Origin: Candidatus Hodarchaeota archaeon
GTDB taxonomy: Archaea > Asgardarchaeota > Lokiarchaeia > Sigyniarchaeales > SOKP01
DNA: 39,969 bases
Reading direction: 5' to 3'
NCBI GenBank assembly: GCA_048886685.1
Contig: JBHLKM010000024.1
Location: forward strand, 1,202 to 41,170
Shown: one piece after another, positions 8,581-16,182 of the stretch
Numbering within the stretch: position 1 is the first letter of the stretch
Layout of the letters: every line of letters begins with the position of its first letter
Notes under the pieces: model-generated
What the model was told of the DNA's origin: nothing
What the model saw: the letters and a program-made list of their open reading frames with translations, nothing else
Databases searched by the model: none
Made by a program: the position numbers and the translations under genes

Positions 8581-11500
8581 TTGTCTCCTCCTCACTTTTT
8601 CTATATAAATATAGGTGCAATTTATTAAAAAACGTCTCCAAGTATTTATAGAGTTGTTTTGCCTTGATTTTAATATTATTATAGTTAAAATTAATAGTCT
8701 GAAATTGCTCTAAATACTGATTTAACTCTTCTTTGGTAAACGGCATATTACAAGTTTCGCTTAGATGCTCAATGAAATCATGTAGGTGCTTAATAGTTAC
8801 TCTCTCATCAGAGTTATAATAATGCCTATAAATCTCCGTTAGAAATCTTTGTATAAACTCATGTTCAAGCTTAAGTGCATTTTTAAATTCATTTTTTTTT
8901 AAGTATAAATGGATAGTAAACACTTCATAGTTAAAGTCACTAAACACTCGCATGAGTGCTTTCTTTACATTACCCTCCTCAATTATATACTTACGTGGTG
9001 CTTGGAGATGGTCTTCTACAAAAGGAAGAGAATTTGGAGACTCTTCCTCAATAGCTTCCATCGTATAGGCTTGGTTCGATTCATACTCATCTTCCAATGC
9101 TTTCTTATATTGAGGTCCAACAGAAAAAGAAGTTCTCAACGACTCCGAACCACTTGCCGTTTTGGGATGATTTTCCACTATATAGCCTTGTTTTATCAAG
9201 ATTGAAAAGATCTCATCTCTACATCTTTTTATATCAGATTTATCTTTATAATATCGCGAAGCTTTTGGATATAATATAGTTATCAGTTCTTTTTTCAGTT
9301 TTTTTTCATAAAGATTACCAATTTGATCTAAGGTACCAATTGATTCTAGGAATTTCTTTACTTCGGGTATGTAACCACCATAGATTCCTAAATCTTTTTC
9401 GAATATCGTTTTCTTTATTTGCTCTAATATTAATTTTTCTGTATCTCGTAAATTGTATCCTTGCCTGTCCATATATGCGATAATCTCTTCATTTTTCATA
9501 AGCGGCTGGTCTTTTACGTCTTTCCACTCAAAACACACAGGAAACGATTGATAGATATCTGATCTTTTCACAAGTGCTTCTTCACTTTTCATGTTTTCTA
9601 AGTATTGAGTTTGATATGCCTCCTTTCTACTACGTGAGTATATCCCTGTCCCGTGCATATCTCGAAGGTTCATCCTTTTCATTAACGCTCCGATATCATT
9701 CTTATCAGTGGTTCTGAAGCTGACGATATTTTCAAAATACTTTACAAAATTGGGGTGGAGATAGTACATCTGATTTGCCCCACATATTAAACCAAAGCCT
9801 TTATCGATGAGGGGATCTAAGAATTTATATACTTTCCCATAGTCGTTATACTGTTCAATCACTTTACTTTTAAAAAACACATCGATATGTGGGATAAAGA
9901 TATATTTTGCTACGTATCCTGAGTGTCGCTTGAGAAAATGGATAATTTTAGAAATAATAATAAATGTAAAAAACACAAGTTTGGGGAGATCTACGATGAT
10001 GGAAAGATCGATAATCACTGTTTTATTGGTTTTAATAAAATCTTGAAAGGTTATAACATCATGACCAGTTTTTAGTGTAGAGATATGCAAGTAGTCCAAG
10101 TCTTGAGTGGTCAAATCGCGAAATAATGCCAATAATGTGTCGCTTGCAGGATTTTCCCATTTATTTTGATTGATTAATTGGACGTTAAACGATTCCATAT
10201 CTAACTCTGGATTTTTATTAATTGCATTTCTCATAATATCTATGGCATATTTTTGTTTCTGAAATGCCAATGCATAAGCATCAAAGATATAATCCAAAAC
10301 CTCTAAATTGTCGGGATCATAAGGAATATCCGACTTTAGTGGATCTAAACTAAAGGCGGTCCCAAGTTTAAAATAAAGAAACTCATTTTCAAAGGGAGTT
10401 CCCTCAAAGTGTTTCAGTATTTTCGACCAAGATCCTCGAAAATCAAAAACCAGTGAAGGTTTGTTTTTTTCAACTAGCTGTGAGACAATCTTCATGGCAA
10501 GAAGTTCTCTGCTGGAATAGGTTCCATTCACAATAAGTAAATTGGTAAGTTGCTCTTCAGTGAAACCAAAGGGGATCTCTTTTTCGAGCACTTCAGTATT
10601 AATAGTATCCCCAATTACAATGCTATTTTTCAATTTTAAGGGGGTGTTAAATTCAGAAGCGATTCGTGTGGTAATTCCTTTTTTTAACTCATCTACTATT
10701 TCTATAAACGAGATGAGTAATTTTCCTTGAATTATAAGATAATTAAGATGAGTTCCGATAAATGTAAAATCTTTATTTTTTACAACACTAGAAATGACAC
10801 CAGAGAGTAACACTTGTCGTCTGAGTTGTACTACATCGCAATTAAAGAAGTGAGTATTAAACGCATTATACAATTTTAGGGATTTTATGTGTAACTGCTC
10901 TTCAAGATCTTCAATTATTTCCCCTGAAAGCGATTCAATATAGGTGAACTCACAAACAGAAAGCGTGAGAATCGTCTGCCATATCCCAGAACGCATCCCT
11001 AGCCAATTAATTCCATCTAATTTTGTCCGTACTCTCCAATCTGAAACCAATAGGTTCCGAAATGTCTTAAGGTTTAAATAATCAAGATATTTTTTATAAA
11101 ACACTTCAAACGATACAGGAGAATTTATGCAGGTATACCCAAAATATATTTTTTGATTCATAATTCCCCTGAGAAACTTATCAAATCGAACATAGGGGGA
11201 AGGATGTATTAGCGCAAGATTAAACATTTTGGTGCCTACCAATAATGTATTGTCAATATAGGCAAATAAAGAATCAGAAATCCCTCGATAACGGAAAAAC
11301 ACAATATCTTTAAAGGGATTTATTGCTATAAAATGACTACTCTTCATGATCGAAGTATGTAAGGTAAGGAATAATAGTTCTCGCCACCATAAGTAGATTA
11401 AAAAACCTAAGAGCGTGATGGTGATTAAGGAAGTATAGAGGAGTGAAAGTCCTAAATTCGATAAAAGAATACTCGAACTCAATAATAGAATAGAGGAAAA

Positions 11501-12355
11501 CAGTGCTTTTATCAAAACATCAGGCGTAATCCAAAGTTTTCTTTGTTCTCCTCCTTCAATTTCTTTTGGAATCTTAAAAAAATAAGTTCGTAATGCATTT
11601 ATTAAATTTCGTCCAGAGAGAGGTACAATCTGGAAGTGATGAAAGTTGCCCGCAAAATTGCTTTGAAGGACATTTCCTAAGGTAACCATTTTATCTCTCA
11701 ATAATCGAAATTTAGCACGACTTAAAGTTCCTTTTACAGAGCAATGGATACAGAAATAAATATTCGTTTGGATAGATTCTCCCACTTCGGTTTGTTCTTT
11801 TTTAAAAAGAGGCGTTTGAACTATTTGGTATGTGAAGCTTACCATGTTTTTATAACCGCTGAGTGCTTTTATGAATAAATCTATCGGAGCATGAATATTT
11901 TCAGGAATAACCTTAATTCTAAAAATAGCTAGCCCAGTATGCATTAAATCTTTTTTATTGGAAATATACAAAGCGGAAGAGGTTTCACCATCTAGAAGAA
12001 ATAACAAATCCCGAAAAGGATTTACTAGTTTTGCTTTTTTGAAGGAAAAAGACGTCAAGCTACGCAGAAGATAGAAGTGATCTCGAAAGACAAAAAGAAA
12101 GAGAGTACTAATAACAATACCTGCACCACCCATAATAGATAGATCAAATGTAATGAGATATGCAGCACTCATAAAAAATCCCACAAGTACTACAAGAAAT
12201 ATACTCCGTGCAATGATTATCAAATTATTAATATGTTTAAAGGAGGGATTAATTTTCCAGATACGCGGAACCTCTTTTTTTGAACTTTTCTCATCTATTT
12301 CAATTTGCCTTATTCTTTGCTCTCTTGGGGAAGATCCTTTTCCAAAACTTACCAT
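8570..12355 (-). CDS. Membrane-anchored HerA/VirB4-superfamily protein with degenerate Walker motifs
   Basis: The C-terminal half follows HerA/VirB4 motif order: LLIVNGTYSSRE at the Walker A position, LVFDFRGSW, VIIDLS, YIFIPHID at the Walker B position, GFGLICGANQ and IVSFR. The N-terminal half is two [2TM + soluble domain] repeats. Confidence 0.7.
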   Translation of the reverse strand: MVSFGKGSSPREQRIRQIEIDEKSSKKEVPRIWKINPSFKHINNLIIIARSIFLVVLVGFFMSAAYLITFDLSIMGGAGIVISTLFLFVFRDHFYLLRSLTSFSFKKAKLVNPFRDLLFLLDGETSSALYISNKKDLMHTGLAIFRIKVIPENIHAPIDLFIKALSGYKNMVSFTYQIVQTPLFKKEQTEVGESIQTNIYFCIHCSVKGTLSRAKFRLLRDKMVTLGNVLQSNFAGNFHHFQIVPLSGRNLINALRTYFFKIPKEIEGGEQRKLWITPDVLIKALFSSILLLSSSILLSNLGLSLLYTSLITITLLGFLIYLWWRELLFLTLHTSIMKSSHFIAINPFKDIVFFRYRGISDSLFAYIDNTLLVGTKMFNLALIHPSPYVRFDKFLRGIMNQKIYFGYTCINSPVSFEVFYKKYLDYLNLKTFRNLLVSDWRVRTKLDGINWLGMRSGIWQTILTLSVCEFTYIESLSGEIIEDLEEQLHIKSLKLYNAFNTHFFNCDVVQLRRQVLLSGVISSVVKNKDFTFIGTHLNYLIIQGKLLISFIEIVDELKKGITTRIASEFNTPLKLKNSIVIGDTINTEVLEKEIPFGFTEEQLTNLLIVNGTYSSRELLAMKIVSQLVEKNKPSLVFDFRGSWSKILKHFEGTPFENEFLYFKLGTAFSLDPLKSDIPYDPDNLEVLDYIFDAYALAFQKQKYAIDIMRNAINKNPELDMESFNVQLINQNKWENPASDTLLALFRDLTTQDLDYLHISTLKTGHDVITFQDFIKTNKTVIIDLSIIVDLPKLVFFTFIIISKIIHFLKRHSGYVAKYIFIPHIDVFFKSKVIEQYNDYGKVYKFLDPLIDKGFGLICGANQMYYLHPNFVKYFENIVSFRTTDKNDIGALMKRMNLRDMHGTGIYSRSRKEAYQTQYLENMKSEEALVKRSDIYQSFPVCFEWKDVKDQPLMKNEEIIAYMDRQGYNLRDTEKLILEQIKKTIFEKDLGIYGGYIPEVKKFLESIGTLDQIGNLYEKKLKKELITILYPKASRYYKDKSDIKRCRDEIFSILIKQGYIVENHPKTASGSESLRTSFSVGPQYKKALEDEYESNQAYTMEAIEEESPNSLPFVEDHLQAPRKYIIEEGNVKKALMRVFSDFNYEVFTIHLYLKKNEFKNALKLEHEFIQRFLTEIYRHYYNSDERVTIKHLHDFIEHLSETCNMPFTKEELNQYLEQFQTINFNYNNIKIKAKQLYKYLETFFNKLHLYLYRKSEEETNEQ

Positions 12356-12358
12356 TTC

Positions 12359-13228
12359 TTATATCATTCCCTTGTTATGCAATTTCTTATATGAAAAAAT
12401 AATAATTATGACGATCCCGAAGAATACGAGAAGTGTATTGCTCAACACCGGCATTGTATTCGGATATAAAAACATCTCAACGACGAGGAGCCCACTCAAA
12501 CAGAGAAAGAGAAAGGTCATCCCCCAGAGGAAATATTTTATAAAAAAATTTTTCACGTGACCAAAATCCATATTATCTTTTAATGTACCTTGAAAAATTA
12601 TCCTGTGTTCTTTACTTTCTTTCAGACTGTTTTTGATGTTCTTTAGGAAAATAACCCTTTCTATATTGGTTTGATCAAGGGTTCTATTTAGATTATTTTG
12701 AAGGATTCTTTCTTGTTCCCTAATTTTTTGTAAAAGTATTGGCTTGAATTTACTAGAGCTATCTTTTTTTTGTTTCATTCCCCTCGCACCTATATTAAGC
12801 ATATATAAGTTAGATGATTCAAAATATTCCTCTCCTGTCATTCCTTTATATAAATTGGGCACTTCAATTTTCCTCAGCTCATAATATACAAAGATCAATT
12901 TTTTTATATGGGTATAAGGGATTTCACCGCGATTCCGCAAGAAAAGTAATTCAACTTCTTTTATAGTTACGATATTTTCTTCTTTAAAAATCTTGATTTG
13001 AAGGTTTGTCTCAAATATTTCATTTACTACGACCATATATTCAAATAAAAGCTCTTGACTCTTTTCTCTATTGCGAGGTCTCATTCCTAATTTTAATGCA
13101 ATCTCGTCTACAAGATTACTGGTGGAGATAAATCCAACTACTGCTAGCTTTTTATAATTGCCGGTTTCCTTACACGCCTGAATTAATCTCTTTAGTTTTA
13201 GATCAAAGATTTGGTAATTCACAGTCAT
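12359..13228 (-). CDS. Hypothetical protein with two C-terminal TM helices
   Basis: Soluble helical N-terminal region and two hydrophobic helices at the C-terminus. ATGA overlap with the upstream gene. Confidence 0.7.
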   Translation of the reverse strand: MTVNYQIFDLKLKRLIQACKETGNYKKLAVVGFISTSNLVDEIALKLGMRPRNREKSQELLFEYMVVVNEIFETNLQIKIFKEENIVTIKEVELLFLRNRGEIPYTHIKKLIFVYYELRKIEVPNLYKGMTGEEYFESSNLYMLNIGARGMKQKKDSSSKFKPILLQKIREQERILQNNLNRTLDQTNIERVIFLKNIKNSLKESKEHRIIFQGTLKDNMDFGHVKNFFIKYFLWGMTFLFLCLSGLLVVEMFLYPNTMPVLSNTLLVFFGIVIIIIFSYKKLHNKGMI

Positions 13229-13899
13229 AGATAATCCTCTTTTTTAATTTTTAGTTCCTCTTCTGCAATATATTCATCTATGTCAACTGGTTCTTGAATC
13301 TCCTGGATAATTTTTTCTATTTGGATCTCAGGGAGGTGATGACTTCTTTCGAGAGCTGTGGCGGTGAGAATATAATTCAGCGAATAAGGAAAAATAAGAA
13401 CAAATCCAAAGAGTTGTAGAAAATACCCTACACCCCCAGAATAATGGATGGTAATATTCAATTCATTATCAATCTGAGTTACCACAGGATAATACAGCTT
13501 GTTAGGATATAGATAGATACTTGGGAAAAGCACAACGTAGAAAAAGGTGAATGCGAGTAAAGACACGAATATATATGTAAAATATCCTGTATTGGTAGAA
13601 TTTTCGGTTTCCATAGCACCTTGAATGACAACGACTCCTACAGACAATACAAGTGTAATGATGAATAAGACATTAATATAGAATGGCACACCAAGATTTA
13701 AAGGTCTATAATCCTCATTTATGGATACTCCTGAGGGAAAATCTGTGGTCCATTCAGAAAATAAGTTATAACTCCAAGAAGCGATGAGTTCATTATTAAT
13801 GTCCACGACTTGAAATGAATACCATTCTAAGAATAATGAGACAAACAGCACAATTAACCCTGCTAACAGCATAAGTTTAGGATATGATAATGTTCTCAT
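13225..13899 (-). CDS. Four-TM membrane protein
   Basis: Four hydrophobic segments, LEWY after TM1 with a large first loop, and an acidic tail. 4-nt gap to the upstream gene. Confidence 0.7.
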   Translation of the reverse strand: MRTLSYPKLMLLAGLIVLFVSLFLEWYSFQVVDINNELIASWSYNLFSEWTTDFPSGVSINEDYRPLNLGVPFYINVLFIITLVLSVGVVVIQGAMETENSTNTGYFTYIFVSLLAFTFFYVVLFPSIYLYPNKLYYPVVTQIDNELNITIHYSGGVGYFLQLFGFVLIFPYSLNYILTATALERSHHLPEIQIEKIIQEIQEPVDIDEYIAEEELKIKKEDYL

Positions 13900-13903
13900 C
13901 TGA

Positions 13904-15880
13904 TTACTCCTCCAAAAATGATCCGTATCTATTTACTTTATTATCCGAAATTTCCGATTCAAAAAGTCCATCATTTTTCACTTGGGTTTGTAATCTATTA
14001 TTCTCAATACTTTCTTTAATCTGATCTTCTTCAATTTGCGTTATTATTTTGGAGTGGTGTTGTTTTCCCAAACATTCATATCCAAATTGCGACATCAGTT
14101 CAGGACTAAAATGTTCATTAATTAACAGCAAACTTGTTTCGTTTAACGAGGGTTTTACTTTATAATGAAGATTTTCAAATATAGTTTGGATCTCTAGTCT
14201 CGGTTTCAGCACTTTCATATAGAAGAAAGGGATCGTGATAAAGAACACTCCAAGAAGGGCGTATCCAATATTAAGTAGCGATTTCATCGTTTCGAATGAT
14301 TGAAATACTATCAGAAAAAGGAGTATAACCCCAAAACCTATAAAAGGGATTGAGAAAAATGTAGATCGTTTTAGGAATTGATTATATAACTCATTGTAAG
14401 AGATAAGAGAATGATCTTCTTTTCGATAAGTCTCAAGTAGCGTATATTTTTGCTCAATGAAGTGGACAACTTCAGCAAGATTATTTTGGGTGACAATATG
14501 AAGGTTTATATCGCTAAGATATGCAAAGGGGATATCCTTTTCTAAAAATCCAATTTTATTTTGACATAAGAGTATTGGTTCTATAAACAATTTTACCTCC
14601 ATATTACCTTCTGTAAAGAATAAGTTCTTACGTGTAATCGTTTTTTTCGTGGAAATATTAATCCCAAAATGACGCCTGAGAAAGGAATGGAAAGAGGCTT
14701 TTTCTACCAAATCATGATGGATGGATCTATAGCTCTCTTGGAGCGTATCAAAATAGGAATCAAGGAACATTTTAAACACTGAACCATTTTCTTTAAATTG
14801 GTGATTGTTAGGAACATATTTAATCGTGTCATTTGAGACCTGTAATCCTCCTTTAAAGCTATTTACCTTTAATGGAATAATTATAACGAACTCTAGTACA
14901 TCGTTAAAATTTACCTTTTTTACCCCAATTACATCGACATGGCTAAAGATATCATTCAAAAGAGGAATATTTTTAATAATATTATAGTCATACATTTGAA
15001 AAACTTGCTCAATTTGGCTTTCAATCATTTGTTTTTCAAAACTATCTATTTTCTCTTCTTGAGTTAGAATAACTCTCGGTTTCTGTAATGATGGAGAGTC
15101 TATTTGGGCAAAACCTAATGGTTCATCTTCTATGAAACTGAGCTTGGCGGATCTTAGTGATATTTCTGGTATTTGTTCCTCAATAATATCATCCTCAACA
15201 TCAACGAATTCATCAACTATGGGATATATTTGTGACATAGTCCCAGTTTTCATAGGTATGGTTTCTGTCTTTTCGGTAGAAAGTAGGTTTGGTGATGGAT
15301 ACCACACTCCAGATTTAGGTTTATTATGCTTATCAGAAAACCAATTCTGTACTTTAACTTCTTTTATCATTTCATTATAATCATCTTCAGTATAGTCTCC
15401 ACTCTCTTCATGGGTAGGAGGTTCTTTTTGAGCACCCTCTTGCTGAGAGAAATCATTCAATTTTTTACGGGAAATGAGTGCTTTTGATCCTTCTCTTATT
15501 TTTTGGGCGGTTGCTGGTCCGATTCCTTTGATACTTGATAATTGAGGTATTGTTGATTTTGCGAGCTTCTCAATGGTATCAAATCCATGTTCTCGTAATT
15601 TTTGGGCGACAGAGGGGCCAATACCTTTTATTATAGTTATATCTTCTTTCGCAATAATAGTATTTAAAGATGGCTTACTCTTAATTGCTGAATTGAATGA
15701 ATTGAATCTTTGAACCCATTCATAATTATTTTCCAACTCAGCCTGTAAGCGTCCTTGTTCGGTTAGATCAATTGCTTGCTCGATATTATTTGATGCTATC
15801 GCTTTTTTTGCCTCTTCGTAAAATGATCCTAATGTGTTTTTCTTTCTTCCGATCTCTATCTCATTTTCGAGCACCGTCAT
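13904..15880 (-). CDS. Membrane-anchored helix-hairpin-helix DNA-binding protein
   Basis: Tandem HhH (IKGIGPSVAQKL ... IKGIGPATAQKI), an acidic linker, a possible degenerate PD-(D/E)XK fold, and two TM helices near the C-terminus. Confidence 0.7.
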   Translation of the reverse strand: MTVLENEIEIGRKKNTLGSFYEEAKKAIASNNIEQAIDLTEQGRLQAELENNYEWVQRFNSFNSAIKSKPSLNTIIAKEDITIIKGIGPSVAQKLREHGFDTIEKLAKSTIPQLSSIKGIGPATAQKIREGSKALISRKKLNDFSQQEGAQKEPPTHEESGDYTEDDYNEMIKEVKVQNWFSDKHNKPKSGVWYPSPNLLSTEKTETIPMKTGTMSQIYPIVDEFVDVEDDIIEEQIPEISLRSAKLSFIEDEPLGFAQIDSPSLQKPRVILTQEEKIDSFEKQMIESQIEQVFQMYDYNIIKNIPLLNDIFSHVDVIGVKKVNFNDVLEFVIIIPLKVNSFKGGLQVSNDTIKYVPNNHQFKENGSVFKMFLDSYFDTLQESYRSIHHDLVEKASFHSFLRRHFGINISTKKTITRKNLFFTEGNMEVKLFIEPILLCQNKIGFLEKDIPFAYLSDINLHIVTQNNLAEVVHFIEQKYTLLETYRKEDHSLISYNELYNQFLKRSTFFSIPFIGFGVILLFLIVFQSFETMKSLLNIGYALLGVFFITIPFFYMKVLKPRLEIQTIFENLHYKVKPSLNETSLLLINEHFSPELMSQFGYECLGKQHHSKIITQIEEDQIKESIENNRLQTQVKNDGLFESEISDNKVNRYGSFLEE

Positions 15881-15907
15881 AGCTACTAACTATTATTAAA
15901 TTGTTTG

Positions 15908-15922
15908 TTTATAAAGAAAAAA
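15908..15922 (-). promoter_or_regulatory. T6C-TATA promoter of the membrane operon
   Basis: TTTTTTCTTTATAAA on the minus strand, with the C 36 nt upstream of ATG 15880. Confidence 0.6.
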
Positions 15923-16007
15923 TGTGAAATTTATAATACTAAGTATCTTACTCATTACTAAAAGACAAGAATTTTTTGTCTTAAATCATAACACTAACAT
16001 TAAACTA

Positions 16008-16119
16008 TGCCCCATGCTTACACCCTGGATTTTTGTCTTTTGGTAGTGTAATTCATTACACTCTATAATCTTACCCTATTGATTTTTTGACGCTAAGTTG
16101 CGTCGGTTGGCACGGGGCA
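16008..16119. other. GC-enriched multi-stem structured element (candidate ncRNA or regulatory DNA)
   Basis: Closing stem TGCCCCATGC / GCACGGGGCA, internal palindrome AGTGTAAT-tc-ATTACACT, and hairpin GACGC-taagtt-GCGTC. Confidence 0.4.
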
Positions 16120-16141
16120 CCTTTTATTCAGCTGACTATAT

Positions 16142-16156
16142 TTTTTTCTTTATATG
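16142..16156 (+). promoter_or_regulatory. T6C-TATA promoter of hel308
   Basis: TTTTTTCTTTATATG, with the C 35 nt upstream of ATG 16183. Confidence 0.6.
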
Positions 16157-16182
16157 ATCCTAAATTATCGATACTTATAGCT

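Noticed and set aside
8570-12355. HerA of the HerA-NurA-Mre11-Rad50 resection operon, or a HerA-based defence system
   Set aside because: No nurA, mre11, rad50 or SIR2-type partner is in the window, and the protein is membrane-anchored with degenerate Walker motifs.
12359-13228. HEPN RNase domain at the N-terminus of the 289-aa protein
   Set aside because: The helical pattern is only suggestive and no RxxxxH motif is present.
16008-16119. tRNA gene
   Set aside because: It is multi-stem but has no TTCGA T-loop, D-loop consensus or proper arm lengths.
16087-16182. N-terminal extension of Hel308 from TTG 16087 (and similar extensions at 1882, 19371, 23118, 26394, 33319 and 34847)
   Set aside because: These extensions overlap promoter motifs or upstream genes, or start too close to the TATA box. 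Downstream ATGs fit the spacing or domain boundaries better.
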